From: Haliotis cracherodii
Taxonomy: Eukaryota
Reading direction: 5' to 3'
Assembly: GCF_022045235.1 (NCBI RefSeq)
Contig: NW_027266266.1
Coordinates: 24,862,001-24,926,000 of the forward strand
DNA length: 64,000 bases
Shown: positions 24,532 through 39,300 of the stretch, piece by piece
How the letters are laid out: every line of letters starts with the position of its first letter
Position numbering within the stretch: position 1 is the stretch's first letter
Made by a program: the position numbers and the translations under genes
Notes under the pieces: model-generated
What the model was told of the DNA's origin: nothing
The model's input: only the letters and a program-made list of their open reading frames with translations
Database searches by the model: none

Positions 24532-25161
24532 CTCTCCCCGGGAAAACAAATGTCGACTCGACATTTAACTATCATGAACAACCAGTGACTAAAAGTCAAA
24601 CAAGATGCATTCAATCTAATACAAGATTCTTAAATAACTCCTGAAACCACATGTACAACCTTTCAATGTCTTCTACAAGACACAATATAGCACTTCCTAG
24701 GGAACATTAATAATGTTCTGACGCTATTCGGAAAGTTACTTTGAAGATCAAGTCTTCACTCTATACACACTGTACAGAAAATCAGATAAGTGTAGAAACA
24801 TGGATGGCCAGTCCATATTAATCACAACTCTGCCTGGGCTAAACCCAGAGTGCATTGTAGCTTATTTCAATGCTGTACACACTGCTAGCTAATTATTCTA
24901 GTTGATTCATCCCTCCACATCTCTTCTTCAATCAGTCAGATGAGATACACAACAATACTAGGTACTAATAAATCAATACTTGGAATTGTACTTTTATCTC
25001 AGTCACATCACAAGGCAGTATCAACTAGGTAAAATTCCTTATCACATGAAAATTCCTTTGGCACATGGCACTTCGTAAATACTAGAAACATACAGGAGAT
25101 CGGTGAATAGTTCTTCATCAAATAGTTCTTCATCAAAGAGTTCAATCATACTTCTTTCACA

Positions 25162-28100
25162 CTAGTAGTATGTTACTGGAACGAGGTAACAATACACAGG
25201 AGCCATCATAGTTACCATTTCTGGGAAATAAGACCATGCTTTCACTACATTAGCTGAGTAAGAGGGTTGACCTAACAAGTCATACTGGAATCGTGCTGGT
25301 GGACGACGCTGTCGATGTGAGGAATGATAACTGACTGGTGAGGTCTGCACCTCATTAATTGGAGTTTTGGGTACGCACTCATCAATAGCAGTCTCTGACT
25401 GTGTAATGTCTTCATCTGTCACTAACTGATCTCCATTATCAGAGCCAAAATGCTGGTTGTCGTCAGCCTCTACTGGTTGATTGTCATCTGTGGAGTAACT
25501 GTCCACTCTGTCAAGGGAACCATTATTCTCCATTTCTGGGGGAACTGTTTCATCACCCACTGTGCCGTCATGATCACCCCCAGTGCCGTCATGATCACCC
25601 CCAGTGTTGTTGATCTCGTGCAAAAGATGTGTACTAAATACAGGTTCATATTCGTCGACCGAGTCACTGTCAGATATTTGATCGGTTTCATTTGAAATGT
25701 CAGCTATCCGCTGTCTGTTTGCCCTTGGTTGTTTTCTGTTTCTCAGATTCAAATTTTGGGGCTGTAGAGGAAGACTATTGCAGGGCATCAACATGTTTCG
25801 ATGAAGTGTTCGAAGCTTACCTGGTCCTTGGAGAGGCTTAACCTCATATACTGGGGTGTCGTCACCTACCCTCTTAACAACTTGGTAGATGCGCTCTTCC
25901 CAGTAGGACCGCAGTTTACCTGGACCACCCCTTTCTGCATAATTCCGCACCAAAACTCTGTCACCAGGCTCAAGAACAGCACTCACTCCACGACGGTCAT
26001 GTGCCCTCCTTGCTTTCTCAGACTTCTGTTGTGTTCTCTCTGACGCATTTCTGTAGGCTTCCGCCATGCACTCCCTCCATCTCTTAACGTAATTTTGCTT
26101 GTCAGCCTCAGAAACAGTTTTCACCAGTCTTAAACATCAAGTCGATGGGCAGATGCGGGTGTCTCCCAAAGAGCAAGTAAAAAGGTGAGTAGCCTGTTGA
26201 GTCATGTACTGTGCAATTATAAGAGTGGACAACTTTGTTTAGATGACTTTTCCAGTCAGCCTTATGGTCACTGGACAGTGTCCTCAACATTGAGAGTAGA
26301 GTGCGGTTAAATCTCTCTACTTGTCCGTTTCCCTCTGGGTGATAGGGAGTGGTTCGGAATCTGGCAATGCCTGTACTCTTCTGGAGTTGATGGAAAAGTT
26401 TATTCTCAAACTCCCGCCCTTGATCGTGATGCAAACGGGTAGGAAACCCAAATTTCAGGAAGAAATCATTGAACAGTCTGTCAGCAGCAGTTCTTCCAGA
26501 CTTGTTGGTGGTTGCATATGCTTGCGCATAACGGGTATAATGGTCCATTACAACAAGTATATATTCATAACCGCCATGTGATTTTTCAAGATGAAGGAAG
26601 TCAATGGAAATAAGTTCAAAAGGTGAAGTTGTTATAATAGGCTTCAAGGGAGCCTCTGGTGGCTCTCCTCTCCTCTCAAACCGCATGGGTTTACGGTTTT
26701 TCTTGAGATAGTTTCTTACCCGTTTTATGCCAACATCCTGCTCTTGAGCTTTCTTCAACTCCTCGGGGTCTATTGAACTCACGACTGGAATTACCTTTCC
26801 CAGCTCCTGTTCTACTTCTCTTGCACTAGTTCCAAAGGCTGTAGCCCACTCATGGTCAGCAACAAATGAGGCAAAAGTTGACTTGCACACTGTCTCCAAA
26901 CTGTTAGGGGATATCTCCTCTGTATTACCTTTCACAACTTGATTGATGTCCAGTGGCATGCGCGACAATCCATCAGCATCTTTATTGGCTGGCCCTGGTT
27001 TGTAGTGAATGGTGAAGTTGAATTCCGCCAACTCTGACACCCATCTGTGCCTTGTGCTGTCCAATCTTGCAGATGACAGTTTATAAGTCAAAGGATTGTT
27101 ATCCGTAAAGACCTTGAATGAGGGAGCATAGTAAAGGTAGTCTCTAAACTTATCTGTTATGGCCCATTTTAAGGCGAGAAACTCCAACTTCCCTGAATGA
27201 AGATGGTCATTCTTTTCTGCAGGGCTCAATGTCCTTGATCCATATGCAATGACAGATTTTTGACCCCCATGTTCTTGGTAAAGAATGGCACCAAGACCCT
27301 CTTGAGATGCATCCACATGAAGAATAAATGGCTGATTATAATCTGGATAGGTCATAATATCAGCCACAAGGAAGTCAACCAGTTCATCCACTGTGGTCCG
27401 ATGTATCTCCTCCCACTGAACATGCTGGTTACTTGCAGCCTGACCTTGTAGAACTCCTTTCCTTCTCGATTGTTTTCCCTTTGATCCCTTTGTGTCTGCC
27501 TTTAGGAGATCATACACTGGTTTCGCCCGCCGTGAAAAATCTGGAATGTATTTTCTGTAGAACCCTATGAATCCCAGTAGCTGTCTCACCTCCCCTACTG
27601 TACAGGGTTTCCTATTCTTCAGTTCAAGCACAGCTTGTCTATCAGCTGGATCCATCCTGTACCCAGCAGCAGAAACCAAGTGGCCAAGATATCTGACCTC
27701 CCACTTAAAAAGTTCGCACTTGCGTGGTTTCAACTTTATACCCTTTGACGCCAGTCTATGTAATACTGTTGTATTAGGTGTTCAACATGGTCATTAAAAT
27801 TTTCACTAAACACCAAAACATCGTCTAAATAAGGCAGACATATTTCGTCTCTCAGTCCTTCCAGACAATCCTCCATGAAGCGCTGGAAGCATCCTGGTGC
27901 CTGTGATATACCAAAAGGAATACGATTCCATTGGTACAAACCCCAAGGAGTAATGAATGCTGTCAGATGACGATCCTTTTCTCTTACATAGCCCTGATGA
28001 TAGGCTTTCCCCTGGTCAAGGAGTGTGAACCACTGTTTCCCTTGCAAAGTATTTAGAGAATCTTGGATTCTTGGAATCGGCTGTCGCTCGACAAAACTTT

Positions 28101-29574
28101 GACGATTTAGCTGGCGACAATCCACGCATAGTCTCAGGCTGCCATCCTTTTTTCGTACACACACAACTGGACTAGAGTAAGAGGAAGATGATTTAGATAC
28201 CCATCCCTTTCTAATCAAGTCGGTCACATAATCCTTCACTTCCTTGAGCAGGGGTGGTGGTATTGATATGTAGGTTTTTCTAATGGGTGAGTCATCCTTT
28301 GAGTTGATTTCCAATTCTAGAGAAGGAACATCCCCAACATCATCATCAGACTTAGAAAATACCTGACAGTTTTCACGAAGGACCGATCTTACTTTCTCCT
28401 GTTGCTGCTCATCGAGATGGTCCAGGTCAACAGGTGGATCCCAAGTTTCATCACTTCCTGGTGCTGCAGATTCAGACTGCTGCTGTTTATCTGTGCTGTC
28501 TTCCTTCCGCACAAGTGGTATTACTGACTGAACTGGTTGTACCTCTCCAAGGGAAGTTCTCCTGTGAATGACCATATCACTATTTGTGGGATTATTAACA
28601 ACAATGTTCACATGTCCCCTTGATGTTCTGGGAAGCTTAACTAAGGTCTCACTAAGTTCCAACCCATCTACTATCGGGAACTCAGGGTAGGGTACAAACA
28701 AACCTTCCCCTGTCACCTCACTCACTCTAGCTGTGCACTTCAGAATTACAGTACTTTCCTTTGGCACGTGGATGTTCTTTCTACCTGTCTTGATGGAACA
28801 AAGTGGTTGGGATTCTGTTTTTAGCAAACGCACAACCGTTGATGCCCCTGTGGAACTAACACCTGGGATTGTGGATTTCACAACATTAACAGAGTCAGAG
28901 TCCTTAACACCTGAAACATACACCTTAATTACATTGTAACCCACTAAAGGCTGTGTCACATCATCTGAATCTGTGACGAGAAAAGGTACAGTTAACACAT
29001 GATCATCTGTAGGCTTAACCTTAAGATCTAATTCAACAAACCCAGAGTATGGAATTGTGCTATTGCCCAGACCTGATACCTGCAAATCAGTATTAATTAA
29101 ATCTGAAATTGGTTTAACTGGAACGTTCGGGAAATGGTCCATAAGCCAAGAGTCTCGAGCAAGGCTGACTTGTGCACATGTGTCCCACAACACCTTAGTT
29201 TGAGACCCGTTGAGGTAAACATCCATCTCGCATACTTCCCCTACAAGAGAAACCATGGTCTTCTTCTGCTTGGGCGATAGATAACATCCCTTCCCCTTCA
29301 GCCTTTCCATGTCATTCCTTGATGAGGTTGGCACCTGTGAGTCCTGAGTTGAACAACCCGAAGCAACTTTCCTGATTGCCTGACAAATGCTTCTGTGTTG
29401 CGCCCAATGACTCCTTTGGCAAGCAATGGAACAGTACGTAGCAGTATGACAACCAGAACACATGTTTGACTTTTGTTTCACCTCCTGTGTGCACATCATG
29501 CATCTTGGGATCTCTTCCTCTAATGGCTCGGTCACTCCAGGTCCCTTTGCTGAAGTGACCTCTGTCCGTTTCCC
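25162..29574 (-). pseudogene. pol: Gypsy pol (MYND finger-protease-RT-RNase H-integrase), disrupted
   Basis: MYND-like [26 protein letters not shown]; protease LWDTCAQVS (DTG altered); RT YLDD; RNase H DAS..LEFLAL..TDNNPL; integrase core [17 protein letters not shown]. Frameshifts near 27780 and 26115. The integrase HHCC region is missing at ~26655. Confidence 0.92.
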
Positions 29575-30700
29575 TGCTGCTGGTTCTGCAACCAAAGGCG
29601 ATGTGATTAGCACTTCCACACTTCCAGCAATGTTTGCACATCTCTCCCTCTTTACAGTTTGGACACACTCTGAATCTTGGTTTAGCTGAAGTTGGTGATT
29701 GTACTTGTGATGGTCGTGACTTGAGCTTCTCTCATAGAGTAGCAACTTCTGCTCTCAACTGCTCAACCTCAGGAATTTTCTTGTCTGCTTCACCAATGGA
29801 ACCCTCAACTTTGTTGACCTTGCCACTCTGTCCAGTTTTCTTAGAAGTCGTTTTCTGTTTTCGTTCATTCCCATCAATAATCAACTTCCCTAGTCTCTCG
29901 ATCAGCTCCTCATTGGACACAACACGATTTTCTGTGAAACAGCGCATCTCAGCATGCACAGTCTCATCTGTGAAGCCAGAATTCAGTGACTGTATGAACA
30001 TATTCTGTACAAGAGTCTCATTCGCATTTGTGTTTTCTTCTTTACTACCAAACAGGATCTTCTGTTTAAGGTCCAGGGCCCTAAGTAGATAGATTTGGGA
30101 TTCCTCAGTGGGGCCCTGGGCTAAACGCCCTAATTTGGAGTACAAGTCTGCGACACTACTCTCCTTGAAGTGCGATCTCAGGATTCCCTTCAGTGTATTT
30201 AAAGAGATGTCTGCCCTATCATCTAGATAGTGTCATAGTGAACTGGAAGGCTCAACAACCCGTATAACCCCATCCACCACTTCCCTCTCACTGTACCCCT
30301 TCTCCAACCCAGTGGTAATCTGCCGTGCTAGACTGGCGTAACTGATCCCTGTTCCTTTGTCTGAGATTTGTCCCCCAACTACCTTGAAGTCTCTTTTCCA
30401 AGCTGAGGTTGGTTGTGTTTCATTACTTCCAGATGATGTTACAAAACTTCGGCCAGTAACATCAATAAGTTTCTCAGCTTCCGCTTGAATCCTGTTCCCA
30501 ACAGCCCTACCATAGTCTTCCTCCTTAACAGCATTTGTGATGAACTCCTCAAGTATGTTAAACAGGTCAGGTGAGGTCAGTTTCTCAGGTTTGCTGATTT
30601 GTAGTTGTAGTGTCAGTGCAAGATGACAAAGTTGTTCCTTTGATAGTCGATACAGCAGTCCCTTGGCTCTGTATATGGCCTCATCTGCCATGTTTACCAA
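29530..30700 (-). pseudogene. gag: Gypsy gag, disrupted
   Basis: ORFs 30233-30700, 29732-30145 and 29312-29668 are one frame broken by TGA stops at 30233-30235 and 29732-29734. Zinc knuckle [14 protein letters not shown]. Slippery GGGAAAC at 29568-29574. Confidence 0.88.
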
Positions 30701-30863
30701 TTATTTCATCCTGCATACGAGACTCAGGAACTCTAGACATGGACAACGTCAAACATGGCTTCCATCCCTTTCTCCAAAGTTTATGGATCTCTTGCAGTCC
30801 CGTTTCACCATCAGCGACCTCGGTAACGTTCTACCCTTGAGTGTAGGACATAGTCATCCCTAG

Positions 30864-30881
30864 ATCCCGGACGAGCCCCCA
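30864..30881 (-). promoter_or_regulatory. Primer-binding site complementary to tRNA-Pro
   Basis: TGGGGGCTCGTCCGGGAT lies 4 nt inside the 5' LTR boundary and matches the canonical 18-nt tRNA-Pro PBS. Confidence 0.92.
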
Positions 30882-30885
30882 AAAT

Positions 30886-32026
30886 TGTTACACTTGCCGG
30901 GAAGCAAGGTGAGATGCAGCCACGAACCTGTGGGGAAGAATAACGCAAAGATAATAGCTGATGTTCACTCGGTGCTTTACTGTCAAAAATGGCGAGTCTC
31001 ATGAAGGCAAAGCCCATTCAACATATGTATCACCAAACGGTTACACAAATAATTGGTTACATGTTGATAACATCGTGTAGTGTGTACTACAATCTATATA
31101 CTTTCATTGCTTGTTGTCTAGGGGTATATTTACTTAATGAAAGTACAAACAACTCTGCACCAAGAGCACATGGCAATTACCGAATGGCACTATAAAGAAC
31201 TACCAAGTAACTACAATTCAATTGGAACAACCACTGTGTATTACAGAACAAGATAATCCAGAAATGCCTGGCATATTAATGATCATCAAGACACTGAATA
31301 TGCATCTTTGTAATGCTTAACTGCTGTTGTTACATACAAGGTAACAATACTGATTCAGTCTTATGCAGTTACTTTAATATTCCAATGTCAACTTGATTAT
31401 TGATTATCTTGTTTGTATAAAAAGTAATATTTAAACAACACTTTTGTGCTTAACAATAAATTTCAAAACTAAAACAATTAACAGATTCTGACAGGAGATG
31501 ACCCATTTCACACAGGCTGTTATTGTTTATCATGACGATGAGATACCACTTCCAGAAATTCCCTGCAATTATCGCTAGTTGCATGAACATTTAAGCTTAT
31601 TCCTTGGTATACTACTGTCATTAAATATAATTAGTCTGACCCTGAACTTGCCTAGCTAATTCTAGCGCTTTCACAATTTGTACAAACCTATCACCTACAT
31701 ATATAGAACCTTGGACTTATAATAAATGTTTATGTATGTATATTGATGTGGTAATTACCTGTGGGGAAGAATAACGCAAAGATAATAGCTGATGTTCACT
31801 CGGTGCTTTACTGTCAAAAATGGCGAGTCTCATGAAGGCAAAGATGAGAACCCCTTAGTTGAAATACCATATAAGGACGTGCTTACATAGAGTTGCTTCC
31901 CCTTTGACCACGGTTGACACGATAAAGAATGCCATAGCTGCAGTAACTGAGTGACGAACTATTAGATTTTGTGGGCCCCCCTTTTTAAATGCAACATTAA
32001 AATAAAGCAATTTACCACATGTTACA
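30886..32026 (-). repeat. 5' LTR (1141 bp; 332-bp internal deletion)
   Basis: Lacks the segment equivalent to 23806-24137 (junction ataatt|agtctg at 31632/31633). Otherwise nearly identical to the 3' LTR. Confidence 0.95.
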
Positions 32027-33841
32027 CATGTAGTAACCATGATAATACAATCTACAGAACAATTAATATAATCAGCGTCTTTGACTGAATATGTCCATAT
32101 CTTTGAGTGAGTGTCTTCACCCATTTGTTGTTTGTTTATTTGTTGTTTAACGCAACACTCTGCAATATTCCAACTATTTACGACGGCGGTTTGTAAATAA
32201 TCGAGTCTGGACCAGACAATCCAGTGATGGATATCATGAGCATCAACCAAGTCAACGAGCCTGACAACCGATCCGTTAGTCGCCTCTTACAACAAGCATA
32301 TTCATCTTACGTCAAGCATAGGTTGCTGAAGACCTATTCTCACCGGGATATTTACGAGTTTCAACTAGTTTTTGACACAATTGGGTGAGGAAGAGAATAT
32401 ATGGATTTCAACTACTTTATTATGAGGATCACAACGTTTCGGAGTATATACTTTCTCCTTCATCAGGTGTAGCAGCAGTTGAACCAGTTTACGGTACACC
32501 ATCATATCATCGGTAATCAAGGTCAACTGGATTATCTCCCCTTTATTACTAACACAAATAATGAAATACGACTATAACCATCAGAACAAAGTTGCATCAA
32601 TTATGACTAGGGCTGGGGCGAGTCCAAATTTACTACCCGGGTACCCACCCCACTGTTACCCTGCCCTACCCCGGTATCCGCTGTAGGTCTCAAGAGATTG
32701 GACCAAATGTCCGATTGGGAATAGTTTGACCGTATTTAGATTCTCGTATAAAACGAACTTGTTATGCACACACTGGAGTTGATGGAAGTTTTATCTTTAT
32801 TCAAACACATAAAGTCAGAAGGAATACGTGGCTAGTCAGAAAGAAATGTGAACATTTGTGACTAGTAGTGTAACCATGGTGTTCTAGATAATTTTGACAT
32901 TTAACAATATACCACGTAACTAACCACGGGTCCGGGTAGTCCTGTGAGTACAAACTGAAAAAACCCATACATTACTGAATAGCAAAAGGCACAGGTTAAG
33001 CATTTGTCTGGTGAGAATACAAAGTTTTATCTAAATGTCACCATATATCAATGGTTTATGATTAGTGTTCTGGAAAAGAACTCTACCTTGAACGAAGTCA
33101 TGAATAGAAAATGGCACTTTCCTGCTCTGTTTGCCGGGGCTGACTACTGTTGTGCTAACAATTACTTGGGAAGGTGTCCATTGCTGTTATTTAACCAGTT
33201 CACTTCTCCTTCACTTTCAAAGCCTATATATGAAGGTCGAGAGTTAACAGTTCTGAAGAGTGAGTCCAGTCAAGTCCACAACGACCGTTTCAATTATTTA
33301 TTTTCCTGTATTCCAAAGATTTTTAACATCATATCTTATACAGAAGCCTATTGGCTGCTGGATTTTGAGGCTCTGCGTCGTCGCTATTGTCTTGTCTGAT
33401 ATGCATACAATCTATACAACTCAGCAGCGATAAAAACTAACAGTTTTAGTCAACTAGTCCTTATAATGGTAACATATAGCAAAGCCCTTTAAAAGTGCAA
33501 ATTTCTACTTGTAATAATGATACTTTAACAACTGGGTCCCAGTCTGGCGAGGACTAACCTACTAGAGCCAATGTCTAACGCTGCTCTGTGTGAACTCACT
33601 CGTTTTGAACCACCCAACAACTGAAAACATTACTGGGATCCTGACTTGCGTAGAGCAAAAAGAAAACCAGTCAAGCTGTCACGTCACGTTATACTATGAC
33701 CGTCTCGCGAGATTTATGACGTCGCCATGACGACACTTCACTACTGATATCGCCATTGCTGTGATCATCATACTTCTATCATCTTGCTACTATTTTGCTG
33801 CCATTTGCCTCGTATTTCGCTCATCTTCGTCTGCTTACGAC

Positions 33842-36322
33842 ATGAGCCCCTACGCCCAAGGTATGTCATTACTTCTACATTAGTAAGTTTGGCTTTTTTT
33901 CTTTCTTTAATGACTTATTTACTTAATTGACTCTGAAGTAGGCCTAGATCTAGCCGATGGAAAAGAAGAAACTTCCAAAACAAACTGCCATGAAAGATGA
34001 TCACTTGTCCAGTGTTCAGATCTTTTCCACGTTAATTGAGGCCAATTTTTCTGCCTTTTCAACAATCACATTCGTGTTTTAGTATATAAGTGAGGTTTCT
34101 GTAAATGTTTTCCAGCAGGCATGGTCAAATATTAGTAGCCATATATGGATACAGGTTACCTGTCATTAATAGTTGAGGAAGTGTTGGTTGCCAAGGCTGT
34201 TTCTGCTAATAGGATGTTGGACTTCTACAATTGTTTATAGAACTGTTCAATACGTAAACACAAACGTATTGTAAACTATTTGTAGCCTTGAACTTCAGTC
34301 CTCTCCCAACTGCCCAATAGTTAAGGCATCATAAAAGAAAGAAATTTGCCATTTTTAAAGTTTTGCTATATGTTATCATTATAAGGACTAGTGAATAGGG
34401 CTGGGATGAGTCCAAATTTACTATCCGGGTTTCCATCCCCCTATTACTCGATTGTCGGTACAGATTGTCCGATTGGGAATAGTTTGCCCTGCCAAAATGT
34501 ATTTAGATACACATTTAAAACGATCTGGTCAACTCCGAAGTTGACTGACGTTTTATCTTTATTCAAACATATTAAAGTCAGAAGGAATGCGTGCATAGTC
34601 CGAAAGAAATGCGAACATTAGTGACTTGTAGTGTAACCATAGAGTTCTAACCACTGAGCTTTTTATCATTAAACAATATATGACGTGACTAACCACGGGT
34701 CTGGTTAGTCCTGTGGGTACCCGGGTCCAACTCAGCACCCACCCGACCCGAGTTACCGTCCCAGCCCTACTAGTGGACTAAAATGTTTCTACCTGCCTTA
34801 GATATAGTTTACATGCCATTAATCAGTGAGTTGGTGTATGGTTTCCAATGCTGTTTCCAATCCAGTTTGATGTTGGTCTCTACAATGGTTTATTGAATTG
34901 TTCAATAGGTATTCACAACAATCAAATACCAATGATCATACAGTTCAGTAGTAGCTCATATAAACATACTGTGTAAAATTGTGATTAAAATGTGTACTCT
35001 CCGAAGAATAAGAAATCACTTTTCTAAACTTTAACTCCAACACTGACAACATCATCGGTAATGTTCAATTACTATTAAATACAAGGACTTTCCACTGGTC
35101 TGTATCCTGTAACATTGGGGATAAAGCACATTGTCTTGCAGTTGCAGTGACTGACTGACAATGGTGTACAAAAAACAGGACATGTACTTATGTTCGTTTG
35201 TGCTATTATCTAAAAAAACACTTGACAGTTGAAGAAAGGAAATATAATCCAAGTCACTGCTTTTTTAACACATACCTTTTCTCCAGTCTACACCAATACA
35301 AATATATTTCTACTTTTAGCCCAACCTGTAGTAAGCAGTTCCTTCATATGTTTATGTTATCACATATCGTAAATATTCTCTTACATCTCTAAATGTCCCA
35401 AAGCTGTTTACCTAATAATACAATGATTGTGTATTGTGTACCAAAGGTTTGTGTATTTTTTGGTTATTGGCATCTAATAATTGGCAGTGTAACTTGTATT
35501 TACCACAATCTGTATATCCTAGCTGTTTTGCAAAAAAATACTAAGTAATCATCACCTTCACATTTTAGTGTGTAATACATTTACTCCAATGACTATGGAT
35601 CAACAGAATAACTGTTAACATTTTTTTTAAATTTGTTCATATACTGTTCAATTGATTCTGTCTTGTTTATCCCTATTTAAGACTCTCATTCCTTCTTACT
35701 TGACAGCTGTTGACCTCGTGATCAGGTTCCCCTTGAACTTTGACATCTGGGCCCCTCCTCGCCAAGTGGGTGTCTTAGGAATCAGTACTTTGCTCGAGTT
35801 GTTGTAAAATTGAAATTGGTTCTTGTATTTCTGACTATTTCATGAGTGTATGGACTATATAATCTATATATAAAAATTATCTATATAATCTTCAACTAAG
35901 ACACATAATATTGACTTGCAAACTAATGTAAATGTGGAGTAATAACCACACATCTTTGTCACTAACGTTCTCCTGACATTATGCATGAGCAGCCCTTAAA
36001 TTCAATCAATTTCCAGCATCTACCCTCATCTTTCTCTACTTGCTACTTAAATCTTCTGTCACTCTCTACATGTCCTTCTCTCCCTCCCTGTCAGCATCGT
36101 CCTGGGAGATACATGACCATCCTTGACCCCCTGTCAGAGCTGCCCACCCCTCTCACCTCTTTCCCTGCCCCTCTCTCTACCCCCGTCCTCCGTGATGCTC
36201 CTCACTTCGTCGATATCAACCTCGATGATGACGACACCCCTACCCAGTCCCCAGTTCGAGTCATCCTGTCACGTGTGTCCGGATTCTTGAGGAGAGTGTT
36301 CCGTGTCAAGATGGACGCTTAG
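33842..36322 (+). CDS. Uncharacterised 101-aa protein, copy 2 (exons 33842-33860, 35707-35765, 36095-36322)
   Basis: Same splice sites and exon lengths (19/59/228). Variant MSPYAQ...APPRQ...LRDAPHFVDINL. Confidence 0.75.
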
Positions 36323-39300
36323 AGTGACATCTTGCTACCTCTTGGACGATGTGTCATATAATAATTAATTATATTAAAACATAAATACAAGATATTTTGT
36401 GCGTTTGGCAGTTTTGGACACTTTGGAACTTTTTTTTAACTTTTTGTACCTTTCGGACATTTTGTGCTTTTGGCTTTTTTCAATTACACATTTTGGCCCT
36501 TTCGAGTGTTCCGTGTCAAGATGGACGCTTGGAGTGACATCTTACTAATTCTTGGACGCTGTGTCATATAATAATTAATTACATTCAATCATAAATACAA
36601 GATATTTTGTGCTTTTGGCAGTTTTTCTACTTTTCGGACCCTTCGGACACTTTTTATGCTTTTGGTTGTTTTTTCCCCCAGAAATATACGCTATTTGTAT
36701 TATACGTTGAAAGACGTATAGTTTGATTTAAACATTTAGGCACTTTTGGACAAGGTATTAACGTCTATTTTATTTGATTAAATCGATTACCAATCAATAT
36801 TAACTATTAAAGATTGTCTTTAGTTTTTAGCCCCTTTGCTTTGTCTTTTGTTAAATAACACACGATCTTGAAAATCAATCAAGCAACGCGTGGTATGTGC
36901 AGACACTGCATATAACGTTTATAGCATCATATATTGTTCGTGTGGACTCATCACAACAGATAGTGACAGATTCTGACTCGATTCTTTGCATCTCTCTCAA
37001 CATATTTGCTACAGCATATAACATAGACTTACAATACTAAGAGTGCCAGGTGCCCTGTTGGTACGCGGGATTCGGGTTCTATTTAGAGGGTATTCAGCAG
37101 TGTGGTACGCGGGACGCAAATAAAATCGTATTTGATACGCAGATTCAACATCTCTAAAATAAAAGGTGTAGGTTACAAAATCCTTTACATATCATATTTT
37201 TTTCTGTGATAAGTTCTTTAATTGCACCCTTTTCTCAATGCTTTTGACTGTTGCGGTAAGTAGTATTCGAGATTCAGGGGTGAGCAATTGCACCCTCAAT
37301 ACTTGTACCACTAAGATCAATTTGTGCATACAGTCCTTGGAGTCTGTACTGAACTCCGCTATCGAAGTCACATGACTCAAATTAGATCCCAGATTAGTTC
37401 TGTCCTACTACTGCTGAACACTGGATTTGATTAAAATGGTACATAAATGACAATCATACTTTAGAGACCGTAGTGAGTACGTTTGGTTTAACGCGGCTTT
37501 GACGCAGGTTACAGGCGGATACCACTAGCACGGGTATAGTGCTGACAGAGCAGGGGTCAATACTAAGGAGAATCCAAGATTCGAAACCACGATCATTTGG
37601 TCCTGGTACAGTGACCGACGCAACTGCACAGATACCAAACATCCCTTGGCCACCCTGCCCCTTTGCATATTCGAAATAATGCTAGAGTAGCTGTTTCTAT
37701 GTCTTAGAGTTCCTTGATTTCTTATGTAGCTGTACTAAAGAGGAGGCGCATTCATCGACTATTGGGATGAGTTTATAGAAATATTCCGGCCATATAACGA
37801 CGATGGACATCAAGTCACTAGCTTATACTGTAGTCTGTCTTTGAATATACGTAAGTGTGTGAGTGAGTGAATGTTCTTCAGTAATATTTCAGCTATAACA
37901 AAGAAGTCTGTAAAGTAATCGAGTCTGGACCAGGGAAACCAGTGGTTGACTGCATTAGCAACGACCCACACGGTCGAAGCACGGTCGAGTGGGGGGGATT
38001 ATTCTACCCAGCAATCTCCAAGTGGGGTTAGTAACTCAGGTTCCCAGTTTTATTTCTACACGATTCCATTTCAATCGCCACTGAATTGGCAGCCAAAGTT
38101 GAGACCAGTTGCTACGTTACGATATGCAAATTCGTGTAAAACGTCATAACATGTTAGGTGTATCAATATTGGATCAGACACGTGCCCTGTGTCAAACGCT
38201 GCGTTAAATAGATAATATTGATAATGTCGCTGATTCATTTCCAGTGTGCTCAGAGAGATCGGATGACCTCGAGTTGATATACAACAGGTGAAACACCGAT
38301 TACAGATAAAGAATTTCGTCAAAAAATACTGTGTCAAATGTTGTTGGCTCATTATTGTATCACAGTTAACTTTGTTCATATATTTTTGCCGTCTGTTCAC
38401 AGGAAGATCCGAAGCCAACCCCTCCACTCGCTAGTGGTGTATCACTGAGAAGCCTTCGTCCCCATCTGATGTGTATCGCGCCTGTTATAAACACGTATCA
38501 GTGAAACGTTTAATAAAATTCTGCTGTGAATGTTAATCTGTTGTGTACTTCTTTGTAGCTCTGTTCAAATTCTTATGGTGTTATTTTCACTTGAGTGAGT
38601 GGGTGAATTGGGTCTAAAGCTGCGTTTGCAAAGTGTGGAATGCAGGTCTTGTGCGCTAACAGTTTAAGTGAAACCCACGGGATTCGAACCCATGGTCATA
38701 GGATTCTTACACGCCAAAGGCGACCAACATTTGGACGTGTTGTATCCTTGGTGAATGTAACTAAATACCAGTGGAAAGAAGGTACCTAACATTCTATAAC
38801 TAGTGATAATATAGGATTATTTTGTCAGACCATCCAGCACAGCAAGTGTTCTAAAACCCGAGGACATTATTTGTTTTCAGGACATAAATAATAAATAAAT
38901 AAAAACAGTCCTTTCATATTGGAATACACTCTTCGATAAGTTAATCAGACTCGTCATTCATATAAGAGACCACTTAAATCAGTGGAAAGTCACGATGAAA
39001 CAAACTGGTTAAAGTTGCTGTGGCGTCTGTGTCATGTACCCGTATTAGGGCACTATTTATCTCTAATATTGCACGGGGAGAATCAAGACAACTACATTGT
39101 TCGACACCATCGTTTATTCTCCCCAAGGGAAGCAACTCTCATCGGTACACCATCTTCGGTAAAGGCCAACGGGATTATCTCCCTTAAAAATACAACTATA
39201 ACCGTCAGATACGGAACAAAGTTACAGCAATTGTAACCAAACTACTCGTCACATCAACCTTATCTTTTCAAAGTGAGACCACTCGAACAAAACACATTTT

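Larger units (their letters stand above)
23059..32026 (-). mobile_element. Ty3/Gypsy LTR retrotransposon, full structure but decayed
   Basis: 4-bp TSD CATG (23055-23058, 32027-32030). TG...CA LTRs at 23059-24531 and 30886-32026. Order gag-PR-RT-RH-INT on the minus strand. Purine tract GGGGAGAG next to the 3' LTR. Empty site in units 1, 3 and 5. Confidence 0.97.

Noticed and set aside
25560-25606. 21-bp tandem repeat (GGDHDGT) in the integrase tail, and a similar 21-bp duplication near 6159-6200
   Set aside because: Two-copy slippage duplications with no further structure.
30864-30881. tRNA-Pro gene
   Set aside because: Only the 18-nt 3' end including CCA is present, next to an LTR, so it is a primer-binding site.
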